This document shows positions 1 through 12,166 of a stretch of DNA of 64,000 nucleotides, one piece after another. A model generated the notes under the pieces. The model did no database searches. It was not told the origin of the DNA and worked only from the letters and a program-made list of their open reading frames with translations. The DNA is taken from the NCBI GenBank assembly GCA_951406725.2, contig OX597822.1, positions 79,112,001-79,176,000 of the forward strand. Direction: 5' to 3'. Numbering within the stretch: position 1 is the stretch's first letter; the number at the start of each line of letters is the position of its first letter. Made by a program: the position numbers and the translations under genes. This DNA comes from Octopus vulgaris. Lineage: Eukaryota.

Positions 1-1191
1 AAGCACCTGTGCTGGTGCCACACAAAATGCACTGGTGCTGGTGCCATGTATAACGTATTGGTGCTGGTGCTACATAAAATGCACCCAATACACTCTGTAA
101 AGCAGTTGGCATCAGAAAGGGCATCCTGCCATAGAAATCATGCCAAAACAGACAATTGGAGCGTGATACACATGCGCGTGCACACGTGCACACACACGAA
201 CATTTTTACAAACATTGAGGCATTGAATGAGCAAGTATTTTTTTTAGAAATAAGTACTCTGCTAGAGTTTGAGAGGTACATAGTTCAATTCTCTGTAGTG
301 GCTGCTGGTCACTTTTTCCTGTCTATAGGAGTATTTTTACCAAATTGACTAAGGCTGTTCCCTTAGCTATTCTACTGTGTTCAAGATTTCCTTTGTTTCT
401 GAAAATTACTTTGCAGGGTGGTTGGTGTAAGGAAGGGCATCCAACTAAAAATCCTGCCAAAACAGACACACAAGTCTGGTGCAGGCTTCTGCCTGGCTGG
501 CTCCTATCAAACCATCCCACCCAAGCCAGCATGGCAGGCAGGCATTAAACGATGACGAAATAAGTACATACATATATAAACAAATACACACACATATTTT
601 TTCATGTTATATATACAGGCACACATACATAGATAGACAGACAGACAGATACTTTATTCACTTATTTGACTACTTCAGTTATTGGACTGCAGCCAAGCTG
701 GGGACACCAATTTAGAAATTGTTTAGTCAATCAAATTGACTTAATTATTTGTTTCTTAGCTTGATACTTATTCTATTAGTCATATTTTGCTCAACAACTA
801 AATTATAGGGATGTAAACAAACCATTATTGGGTGGTAAATAGTAAGAGATGAACATATACAAAAAGACACATACACATATACATACATATATGCATAACA
901 GGTTTATGCAGTTCCACACACACATACACACAGAGAAACACATATTTATAAGTAAATGCATGCATGTGTGTTACATCTAAAAATTCTCTTCCTCCCACCC
1001 ATCACACCCATACAAATTACAACAAGAGCCACAAGGGAGAGAGACAAAACTTTCGAGAGTCGACATGTGGGAAGAAAGAATCAAGTGTATTCTTTTCTAA
1101 ATACATTATGACATCACCATAGCTATATCCGGAATTGGTCACGGACAGAGAAAATATGATGATAACAACACATACACATAAATACACTATT

Positions 1192-1222
<31 letters not shown>

Positions 1223-2260
1223 TATATATATATAGTCTTAGTTATAAGATTGCATGTAAGAATTATTCATATTTAACTCAGCTGAGACATATTTGCTATC
1301 TGATAATTAGTATGCTATTAATCTTTATAGTTATAGAACTTTTTCTCCTTTAAATGTTATAATATATCATCATCATCTGAATATCCATTTTTCCATGCTT
1401 GCATGGGTTAGATGTAGTTATTTTGAGGCAGATTTTCTACAGTTAGAGACCCTGCCTGTTGTTAACCCATACCTGTTCCAAAGCAAGTATTCACTAAAAC
1501 ACCATCTGAGGACTAACTGGTTAAGATGGAACAGTAGCTCCCCCAATAACACACACACACACAACAAACATATCATGTATTATCATACATATCATACATT
1601 AGTGGTAAGTTTCTGACAAGCCTACAATACAATATATATTTGATTCTTAGTCATTTAAAGTTACTTCATAACCCCTTGAGATTTCCTCCAATATTCAATA
1701 ACATGCATACAGATTAATATACAAACAGTAAGACACACTTCTAAGTACAGAGAGTAACATGCACACACACACACACACACACAAATTTACATATATATCA
1801 GATAATCTAATATATAGACAATAAATTACAATGATGCATGCACAGTAACACACCCATTAGTATAGTCAAGTTACTCACACACAACGTATAAGACAATAAT
1901 ATATATACATGATTATACAGAAAATAACTCTGAACATTAATGTACTGAATATAACAGAAATGTAGTAAACAGACCACAATAATATAGACAATAATTCACT
2001 AATAAGTCTGTATACAGCCTAATATACACACACAGACATGACTGTACAGTCTATAAGATATACATTACTATACAGACATACAATAATGTACAGACAATGA
2101 AATATACATTAATATAGAAATGTATAATCACACAGGCACACACACACATATTAATATACAGATAGTAAACTCCTACACACTAACATACAAATAAACTCCT
2201 ACACACTAACATACAAATACACTAATATACAGACAACATTACCACACATACTTTAATATT

Positions 2261-2406
2261 GATTTTAAATTTTGGTACAAGGCCAGCAATTTTGGGGGAG
2301 GTAAAAAGTTGATCACATTGATCACAAAGTTCAATTGGTACTTACTTTTATCAAGCCCGAAAGGATGAAAAGCAAAGTTGACCTCAGTGGAATTCGAACT
2401 CAGAAC
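2261..2406 (-). mobile_element. SINE family B, partial copy (head-to-head with the next copy)
   Basis: Reverse complement of the family core TTCTGAGTTCAAATTC..GAGGTCGACTTTGCCTTTCATCCTTTCGGGGTCGATAAA, which recurs at least 8 times in the window. Confidence 0.8.
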
Positions 2407-2413
2407 ACCAATT

Positions 2414-2627
2414 AAAGTGGTGAGCTGGTAAAACTGTAACCATGCTGGGCTAAAATCTTAGCGGCATTTTGCCTGCCTTTTACATTCTAAGTTCAAATTT
2501 CACCAAGATCAACTTTGCTTTTCATCCTTTTGGGTTGATAAAATAAGTACCAGTTGAGCATTGAGGGTTGATGTAAATGACCTAACCCCTTCCAAAGTTG
2601 CTGGCCTTGTGTCAAAATTTGAAACCA
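2414..2627 (+). mobile_element. SINE family B copy
   Basis: Head GGTGAGCTGG..., core ACATTCTAAGTTCAAATT..ACTTTGCTTTTCATCCTTTTGGGTTGATAAAATAAGTACCAG, tail GGCCTTGTGTCAAAATTTGAAACC. Confidence 0.85.
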
Positions 2628-2659
2628 GTATGCATACAAATTTACTCACAGTGACAATA

Positions 2660-2845
2660 TATATAAAATAATAGACACTTGCATTAATATACAGACAATA
2701 AAAGATACTCACATTAATAAAAAGACAATAACAGATACTTGCATTAATATAAAGACAATAACAGATATTTGCATTAATATAAAGACAATAACACACATTA
2801 ATATATTAGACAATAGCATAGATTGATATACAGACAATAACACAA
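2660..2845. repeat. ~30-bp minisatellite (TAATATAcAGACAATAACAGATACTTGCAT)
   Basis: 5-6 tandem units; older degenerate TAATATACAGACAAT units scattered over ~1700-2250. Confidence 0.85.
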
Positions 2846-3344
2846 TGTACATATACTGTATTACGTTGATATACAAACAAGTAGGCACACAGTATTACAA
2901 AATGACATACAGTGATATACACCAATATACAGACACACACACACACACACTGGGGAAACCCTTCCAAGTTTCCATTTCCTCCCGTTTATTCTACAGCTTG
3001 TACATTACAACACATATACACCCACCCCTTACAAACCAACCCATCAATCTGTTTATCCCAACACCAACCACCTTATCTATTTGCCTCTCTTTCCTTGCAA
3101 TACATCATCTCTTTCCCTTCCCATCTCCATTCCAGCTCTCCCCCTCGCTCTCCCATACACTATAATATTCACACACTTGCACATGTATATAAATACAAAC
3201 ACTATGTCAGTTACCACATCACCTTTTACAACCACCACTCTCCATATACTGGTGTAAAGAGAGAAATGAGATAGTATAGGGGGATGAGAGAGAGAGAGAG
3301 AGAGAGAGAGTGTGTGTGTGTGTAATAACAGACAGATGCATGTA

Positions 3345-3615
3345 CTTTCATGTGAGAGTGATGAGAGACAAAGTATATGTGTTTGTGTGTGATGAGAAAC
3401 AGAGTGTATGTGTTAGTGTGTATGTATGTGATGAGACAGAGTGTGTTTGTGTACATATGTGATGAGACAGAGTGTATGTGTTTGTGTGTGATGAGAGACA
3501 GAGTGTATGTGTAAGTGTGTATGTATGTGATGAGACAGAGAGTGTTTGTGTGTACATATGTGATGAGACAGAGTGTATGTGTTTGTGTGTGATGAGAGAC
3601 AGAGTGTATGTGTGT
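3345..3615. repeat. ~28-36-bp minisatellite built from GA/GT microsatellite (GTGATGAGACAGAGTGTATGTGTTTGT)
   Basis: About 8 visible tandem units; accounts for the repetitive His/Thr-rich ORFs here. Confidence 0.85.
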
Positions 3616-3887
3616 ATCAGTATTTGCGCGTGTGTGTGTGATGTCATCATTTAACAGTCTAACATCAAACATTGTGTGTATATGTAAGTGGATATGTGTC
3701 TCAGTTGCAGTGTGCTTGTGAATGTTTGAGTGTGTGTATGTGCGTGTGTGTGTTTACTAATTCAGTTTAGTCTAATTTACACAACAATGTTTGTGTCTGT
3801 GTCTCACTATGACAGTATGGCTTGTCTGCAGGTATGCAACTAGTGTAGTTTTTGCCATTGTGACATTAGCCGCATAGACGTTTATGT

Positions 3888-3923
<36 letters not shown>

Positions 3924-4088
3924 ATGAGTGTGTGAGACTTCCTGCAGACGATATGGCTTTACCAGCCTGATGCGAGTGATGGAGTGACTGAGATTGACTC
4001 TATCATTGCAGATTAGCATGAGTCACACCTAGGACTTTGCCATGGAAACGCTGTAGTCATGACAACAGAGACCACCAGTCTTTATATA

Positions 4089-4119
<31 letters not shown>

Positions 4120-4161
4120 TTTATACACATACATACATATACATAAGTTATCTATGTATTT

Positions 4162-4195
<34 letters not shown>

Positions 4196-4731
4196 CATAT
4201 ATTATATAGGCACACATGGCTGTGTAGTTAAGAAATTCACGTGGCTGTGTGGTAAATAGCTTGCTTACCAGCCACATGGTTTTGGGTTCAGTCCTACTGC
4301 ATAACACCTTGGGTAAGTATCCTCCACTATAGTTCTAGGCCAATCAAAGTCTTCTAATGGATGGAAACATTCTCTGCCCATTATTTCAGTGAGGGTCATG
4401 GCAGTAGAGTTCTCAGGCACATCCCCCATAGAATCATATCAGAAGCAACCATTATGAAACATTCCGGCTGCATTCCCAAGCATGACCAACCAAGACTAAT
4501 TTCACAGGTCAAATACAAATACAAGCTTAGAGCCTGATGTAAATAAGACCACCAAAGCTGCAATATGACAAAGATGGAAACATCTTGAGTATTTCTAACA
4601 CTTCTGCACACTAATTCTGTGCTAGACATGATTTTGCCAGGTCTTGCTCTCATCATGTTATGTTTCTGGCAACTCTCCTGTCCTAGCTTGGTGACATTGT
4701 CAGTTGTCTCAAAATAGCATATTGCATCAGT

Positions 4732-4908
4732 AAGGTAGCATGCCCTATGTTTCTGCCTTTACATTCTGAGTTCAAATTCCACTGAGGTTGACTTTGCTTT
4801 TCATCCTTTCAGGTTCAATTAATTAAGTACCAGTTGCATACTGGGGTCACTCTAATTGACTGGTCCCCTCCTCCAAAATTTTGAGTCTTGTGCCTAGAGT
4901 AGAAAAGG
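4732..4908 (+). mobile_element. SINE family B copy
   Basis: Core TTACATTCTGAGTTCAAATTCCACTGAGGTTGACTTTGCTTTTCATCCTTTCAGG; tail shared with the copy at 7005. Confidence 0.8.
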
Positions 4909-6340
4909 ATATTTAGCTGGTGCATAATATTTCTTACAAAGGTGCTCTTTACTGAATACCTGAAGTATTCAGTAAATATTGAGTGGATATTGGTTTTTAT
5001 ACATGCGTAGGAGCATGTGCCATGCTTTCACTAATTGTTTCACTTCCTATGTAGTTGCAAGCAGACATGATGTCTTTTTGACCCTCTTGCCCTAAACCAA
5101 TACTCTAATGAAACTGTCACAATGTGTGGAAAGAAAAATAGTTGTATCAACACTCAGTTGACCCTCAGTTCAGCAGAGCAGACTAGAGCTATATGAAATG
5201 AAGGGCCTTGCATGAGGAAACAACATACTACCCCATTCAGAGGTGAAACCCATGACTTTATGCTCATCAGTCACCCTAACCACTAGGCCACTCACACACA
5301 CATGTAAATTTATGCACTTTTACAAGTTCTAACCCAAAGGTCTAGCCAAATTGGGGCACTAACTATTCTATTGCTACTATGTCATCCTCTTAGTGAATGA
5401 GGGAGTTTGACACCACTCCCCTCAGTTAAACATGTTACCATGATATGAGTTTGTCTGAGATCTCACACAGTAGAATATCAAAATATTTTTCAAATAAATT
5501 TATATCCACAGTGTAGATTTAATAATTTTTCAGCAAGTTACTGAAAAGCTATGGGCCTTTGAACTGTAAGCAGTTGCAATATGTGGAACTGAGCTTTTAG
5601 GGTGCAGCTAGGACCTTCAAAGATAATAGAATGGCAACCAGTTTGGTGATTGGTAAAGCTAAATACCAAAACTTGGTGCAAACACTTCAAGGAGCTCCCA
5701 TAAATAAATCACTGCATATCTTTCCTGTCTTAGCTCCAAATGGTTATCAACATCTCCAGCAGTTTAGTTGTTGACTGAAGCTGTTTTCTGTGGATAGCAA
5801 TGCTGGATTGCTTCAAGTTCTGCTATGAACAATAGCACAGGCTGCTGAGAACAACTGTTATCCACAGAACTAGCAGAGTTTCTTACTCTTTCATTCCAAA
5901 TAATCTTGAAATCCATCTTACAGCTCTCTTGTACATTGTTGCCATCTTCGTGATGTGCAAAAGAAATGATGCATCATTACTCATGTGAATGTGTGTGTAT
6001 ACACACAAGAACACTTACGTATATATATACACACACATATATATATACATGAAAACATATAAACACATGAGCTTGATTAGCTGCTATGTATACACACACA
6101 CATGCATGTGTAACTATATATATATATATTCAGCATAATTGTCAAATAAAGATCAATAAGGCTACTGTTCAATAAAGTATTCCATATATTGTAATGATAG
6201 AGTATATGTTCATTCATTTTTAAAAGTGTCCTTACAAGAATATACCTATTTCAATATATATCATCTCATCTGTGGTTAAGTATCTGACTTCATGAGAATC
6301 AATATAAATCAGTCACACTTAAATGCATGTGTAAGTTTAA

Positions 6341-6380
<40 letters not shown>

Positions 6381-6606
6381 ATGATCAATACACACATCCA
6401 AAGATACTTGTAGAGGGGTAATGTGCATCTGTGTATGTGAGTTTCCTATTTTTAAATTGCTTTATTTGTTTCAGTCATTAGACTGCTAAATTACAAGAAT
6501 ACAAACAAACCAACACCACTTGTCAAGCTGAGGCATGAAATAATTTGTGTTTTTAATGGTGAAAGTCAAAGTAGATAGCGCTATAAATAATAGTATGTAA
6601 ATATCT

Positions 6607-6837
6607 GTTTCTTTATTGCCCACAGGGGGCTAAACATAGAGGGGACAAACAAGGACAGACAAAGGGATTAAGTTGATTACATTGACCCAGTACGTAACTG
6701 GTACTTGTTTAATCGACCCCGAAAGGATGAAAGGCAAAGTTGACATCGGTGGAATTTGAACTCAGTATGCAAAGACAGACGAAATACAGATAAGCATTTT
6801 GCTCAGCATGCTAACGTTTCTGCCAGCTTGCCGCCTT
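6607..6837 (-). mobile_element. SINE family B, full-length copy
   Basis: Highly similar to the copy at 63785-64000; head GGCGGCAAGCTGGCAGAAACGTTAGCA on the minus strand. Confidence 0.9.
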
Positions 6838-7004
6838 AGTATGTAAACAGAATGTAAATATTGGCTTTAAAAACCCTTTGAATAGAAACAGTTGAAGGTA
6901 GAACATCTATCATATTTACAGAAGATGTAGGTTCATGCCCCATGGGCAGCCTTCAACTTTTTATATCCATAGGGTTTCTTCCAATCCAATATTTACACAT
7001 TAAT

Positions 7005-7220
7005 AAGGTGGTGAGCTGACAGAAATGTTAGCACGGTGGGCGAAATGCTTAGTGGTATTTCGTCTGTCTTTACATTTTGAGTTCAAATTCTGCCAAGGTT
7101 GACTTTGCCTTTCATCCTTTCAGGTTCGATAAATTAAGTACTAGTTGCATACTGAGGTCGATCTAATCAACTGTCCCCCTCCCCCAAAATTTTGGACCTT
7201 GTGCCTAGAGTAGAAAAGGA
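7005..7220 (+). mobile_element. SINE family B, full-length copy
   Basis: AAGGTGGTGAGCTGACAGAAATGTTAGCACGGTGGGCGAAATGCTTAG... plus the family core. Confidence 0.9.
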
Positions 7221-7354
7221 TTTTTATACATTAATATTCATAGCTTTATCTATGTTCCATCTTTAAAAATGAATTTCATATGTGTATTATAAAAGACAGT
7301 CTAATGAAACCAATGATCAGTGAAACTTCCAACTCAACATATCAATATTTTCCT

Positions 7355-7583
7355 TTAACCCTTTCATTACAATATTTTTGTCGAGATACACAGCCGTTAT
7401 TTCAATAAATTTAGAGAATTGAAGAATTAGATAAAATAACTTTGTCATTATTAAAGCTAGCATTTGTGACACAAATTGACATGAAATTTTGATGGAGGGT
7501 TTTTAATTAAGATCACTTTAAACAGGAAGTTAGCATCATAAAACCAGGAGCAGTCTTATGTGGGTTAATATGAAAAATATTAA
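7355..7583 (+). mobile_element. piggyBac-type MITE (TTAA-CCCTTT end), decayed
   Basis: Starts TTAACCCTTTC and ends in degenerate GAAAAATATTAA; an opposite-orientation copy lies at 19841-20042. Confidence 0.6.
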
Positions 7584-7959
7584 TAATCTAATTAAATGTA
7601 TTGAGTGATCCTTCAATTAATGGTTGTTTCTATGCACAACACTACGTGTACATATTTAAACATCTGTGTGCGTGTGTGTGTGTGTATTGCAATATTTGTA
7701 CAATAACTACTATAAAGTCCTCAATGCTAGAGACAGAGCAAAATAAATAAATTAAATTAAGTTGACACAACAATATCAAATTACATTTTACTATGGTTTC
7801 AGCTGGCGAATTAGCAAATGTATAATCCTTTCTTTGGATTACACATTTGATAATTTGCCAGTTATAACAACAGTAAACCATAATCATGTACTTTCTTTTC
7901 AACTTTATAAACACACACACGTGTGTGCGTACATACATATAGGTGTGGGTGAGTGGCTA

Positions 7960-8345
7960 GGTGCAGGCGTGGCTGTGGAGTAAGAAGTCTGCTTCCCACC
8001 TACATGGTTTTAGATTCAGTTCCACTGTGTGACACCCCAGGCTGACCAAAGCTCTATGAGTGAATTTGGTGGTCAGAACCTGAAAGAAACCTGTCATGTG
8101 CGTATGTATGCATGCATTTATGTGTGACTGCCTCCTTGCCTTGACTTTGTGTGACAGTTGTAAATGAGTGTCACTGTCATGCAAGCAGTGTCCTCCACTT
8201 CCAATCTTCCATGAAAATATATTTGGTCATGGGAAAATATTATCTTACTTGGAAAGAGGTGAAGGTTGGTGACAGGAAGGGCATCTGGTTGTAGAAAATC
8301 CACCTTACCAAATTCTGTCCAATCCATGCAAGCATGAAAAAGTGA
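7960..8345 (+). mobile_element. tRNA-derived SINE family A with RTE-like tail
   Basis: tRNA-like head GGCGTGGCTGTGGAGTAAGAAGTCTGCTTCCCA..TTCAGTTCC; body GACCAAAGC..TGAGTGAATTTGGT; tail GGAAGGGCATC..CCATGCAAGCATG. Confidence 0.85.
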
Positions 8346-8669
8346 GAAGGCACTCTTTGTATTAAGAGGAATTCTAGATTCATGGGGTTTCTTTCCTGGC
8401 CAATTCATACATGATAGCTTTACATTTCTTTTCTTTTTTTTTTTTTGTAATCTGTTCCCGTAATGTTTCCCCATTCAATATATTTGTGGCATGAATAAAG
8501 GGAAGATCATTATTACTTTTATTATTAGCAATACCATAACACTGAAGACTTTTGGTTCCCTTGAGCTACATCTTTGCTTAAAAAAAAATCTTGTTGATCC
8601 ACACATCACCAGTTTTTCCATAATTCTATTTGAAAGTTTTAGAGTAAAAATAGTTTTTGCTACAAGACT

Positions 8670-8754
8670 GTAAAGACAAAGTGAAAAGTATGAATCAATC
8701 AACACACACTTTTCATTCATACACTTGGGAAATTCCTCACATTTTATTTATTTA

Positions 8755-8841
<87 letters not shown>

Positions 8842-8903
8842 AGGAATTTCCAAAGTTTATGAAAAGTGTGTGTTGACTGATTCACTTTTCACTTTGTCTT
8901 TAC
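8670..8903. repeat. Palindrome: ~75-bp inverted arms around a (TA)n core
   Basis: 8670-8747 GTAAAGACAAAGTGAAAAG..GGAAATTCCTCACATTTTAT is the reverse complement of 8832-8903, with a few indels and mismatches. Confidence 0.95.
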
Positions 8904-8959
8904 ACACATACACACGCAGTTTTTTTAGGTACTTCTGTTTATGAACAAATAATTTTAGT

Positions 8960-9735
8960 TCTACTATGCCTCTCTTAGTAAATCATGCCATTAATAAGGT
9001 AAAAGAGATCCTAATCTCTGTCTTATGGAGAAATCTTCATAATAGCAGTGAAGACATAAAGAAATATTCCATTTGTAGTCGCCAATAATCATAGAAACCA
9101 TAACATTTTAATTTTACTCGAATGATACCTTTCAATTTTACATCAGTCAACAAACCTCAGGGAAATAACTGAAGTACCACAAAATATCAACAATCAAAGA
9201 CAACTAGTAAATCTAATAAGACTCTTAACAGGTGAAATTCACACCAGAATAAGAAATAATGCAAGTAACCAAATATTTGAAACCTTTGTTGTGAGATGTG
9301 TGAAATATTTAAAGAGAGTAAAACCAAAAACATTTAAAAATAGGGAGGAATTGAAAGTTTATGTAAATATGAATTACAAAACAGAAAGTCTCATTAATTG
9401 TATCAAATAGCCACAAGGCAATGAAAAATATATTGGCAAAACAAGATCAAAATTAATACAGTGGGTCAGGGTACATAAGCAGCTAATTAAAGATTCACCT
9501 CTTTAAAATGTTCCATGTAGTGAAAATCTAGACATTTGTGCAAATGGAAAATTCAAAATATTACCTTTGTTTCAAAATAAAGAAAGAAAATGATCAACAA
9601 AAAAAGGCAAAAGAAGAAGATTTTATATGAGAATTCTAAATTGAAACTGATCTAGAAACAGTCAAAACTGCTACTGAAAACAATTTCCTTTATATAGATG
9701 ATACCATAATGTGTGTTTGAAAAGCTGTAAACAGC
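8960..9735 (+). pseudogene. Decayed Penelope-like retroelement 3' part (linker, CxxC, GIY-YIG endonuclease)
   Basis: Interrupted frames translate to IPFVVANNHRN, a CxxC-like motif, LINCIK*PQGNEKYIGKTRSKLIQWVRVHKQLI and VPCSENLDICANGKFKILP, matching the PLE GIY-YIG pattern. Confidence 0.85.
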
Positions 9736-11575
9736 GAAAGCACACAATCGAAAAAAAACTTATTTCCAAAAGATTTGTGTCATTTTGTTAAAAATATATA
9801 AAAAGATTAAGTAATTCAAGACAATCTTCAGATATTGTGACTATATCAAGAATCTTTTCTAAAACTTTTCCAAATACATATACACACGTATGTACATAAG
9901 TACACATATGTTTTTATGTATATATGTTTATACGCACACACACACACGTCTTTATACATGCATGTATGCTATACATACATTATTTCAAGCTGAAACTTCT
10001 TGAATTATCACTGAGTATACATACAGATATGCATAATGTATTGTATGTAGAACACGAACTTTTATTGGAGAGGAAATGGTGGACGTGTGTTAGCTGATGC
10101 CTGCAAGTGAGGTGGCCGTGCTGTTATAGACATTTACTATGTATGACTGGCACTTGCTGGGTAAAGAAGTAGTTAAATAGTTTAGCAATGGAAAAGACAG
10201 CCATCTAATCATAAAATAACAACAACAACAACAACATGAAAATAAAAATAATATGCAAACATTTAAATATGTAAAATATTTCTGGAAGGAAAAAGTGTTA
10301 TAATGTAGTAAAGGAAATCACACATAAATACACATGTGTAGTCACACACACACACAAATATACTTGCATACACATGTTCATGAATAAATCAATGGAATGG
10401 TTTTTCATAAAATCACATAACTTATTCATGATACCACCTAATGAACAGTTATGATATTAAATGGGATATGAAACCTGCTAACAAGTAAACAAAGTTAACT
10501 ACACTGAATGTGGATATCATAATCACAATACAGAGCAACTGTAGTGGATATGGAGAATGTGAGAGTGAGTGGGTGAGAAAGATTAAAGAGAGAGAGGGAC
10601 AGTGTGTGAGAGTGATGAGAGAGAGCAGGGAGAAAGTGAAAGAGTAAGAGGCAAAGAAAAGAGTGAGGGAGAAACAGTGAGTGAGAGAGAGAGAGAGAGG
10701 AAGAATGATAGAGATTGATAAGGTGGGTAGAGAGATGAAAACATACATAAATACACAAACATATAGACAAATAGATGGCAAGACATGGAAATAGATGTAT
10801 AGAAATATAGATACATAGGAAAAACATGTAGATTGACATGAGTAGAGAGGTGTAGTCAAATAGACAAGCAATAAAAAGATAGATAGAAAAACAAATAACA
10901 GATATATAGACATGAAAAGTCATAGAAAATGAATGAAAGATATATATATATATACATCTTAATATACATGAAATATAATCTGACATAATGTACATGTATG
11001 TGCACACACACAAACATACAATTGGTAAGTAAAGCTACCTCATTTGCACATCTCAAAAGCTAATATTATCGAAGAATGCCATAGAAAGCGATTAGATTCA
11101 TTGAAAATCAGGGATTTTGCGCCTCTGTTGTTTAACTATTGATCTATTGATTTACTATTAATTTGAGGTACTTATCCAGTTTGTCTGACTGATAAATTTG
11201 TGTAAATGTGGCTGGTGAGTTTGTTGTAGTAGTTAGTGGTGGCAGTAGTAGTGATGAAGGAAAAAAACAGAACCAAGGAAAGAATGAGAAATTGAAAATG
11301 AAGAGAATTTGTGTGACAGGGAGGGAGAAAAGAGAAACATATTTGAAAGAAGAGATACTGATAAGGAAACTAAGACAGACATTGAAACTGAATTAATGGT
11401 ATATATATATATATAAAGAATATGAGCGGTTTAGTTCACTTGTGATCTAAACAAATAGGTATGCTGGGTAAGTGCTATAATTGGTCGACCATTAGGTTCC
11501 AAGATCACAGCTAAGGCTGGATCTAAGGATCTGTGTTAGGTTCCATTATAGCATATATATATATTATTTAAACGG

Positions 11576-11976
11576 AAAAATCAAAACCAAGGCAGAATGA
11601 GTATCTCAAGTCATTTAGAATAATTAAATTAAGGTAAGGTGAATTTGAAGTCTTACAGCCGCTTCTGAGATAACCCAAGTGGTTATTCTCCGGCCTATAT
11701 TCTTCTAACTACTTTTACTCTTTATTCTTTTATCTTACTACTTTATTCTTTTGCTTTACTCCTTATAAACTGTGAATTTTATTCCTTGTAAACTGTAAAT
11801 TTTCCCTGTCTAAAATATTCATACCTTGTCACTGATGACAGAATACCTAGTGCACAGACTGCTAACCAACCACTTGGGTTATCCCAGAAATGGCTGTAAG
11901 ACTTCAAATTCACTTTACCCTAATTAAATTATTTTAAATGACTTGAGACACTTGTTCTGCCTTGGTTTTGATTCTT
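11576..11976. mobile_element. Non-autonomous Penelope-like inverted-repeat element carrying a degenerate hammerhead motif
   Basis: 109-bp inverted arms at 11576-11684 and 11868-11976; GTC-A-CTGATGA...GAAA-TGGCTG-TA-AGAC at 11828-11902. Confidence 0.7.
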
Positions 11977-12166
11977 GGCCCTTGTGCCGGAGGCACATAA
12001 AAGCACCCGCTACACTCTTGGAGTGGTTGGCACTAGGAAGGGCATCCAGCTGTAGAAACTCTGCCAGATCAGATTGGAGCCTGGTGCAGCCATCTGGCTT
12101 GCCAGTCCTCAGTCAAACTATTCAACCCATGCCAGCATGGAAAGCGTACGTTAAACGATGATGATG
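11977..12166 (+). mobile_element. Repeat family C: retroposon 3' end with (GAT)n tail, probably RTE-mobilised
   Basis: AAAAGCACCC..GAGTGGTTGGCACTAGGAAGGGCATCCAGCTGTAGAAAC..CCCATGCCAGCATGGAAAGCGTACGTTAAACGATGATG; other copies near 1, 420, 24970, 26390(-), 42510, 54895. Confidence 0.8.

Noticed and set aside
4948-4976. Perfect 12-bp hairpin (similar one at 21211-21243)
   Set aside because: Short AT-rich palindromes with no supporting context; bacterial-style terminator logic does not apply
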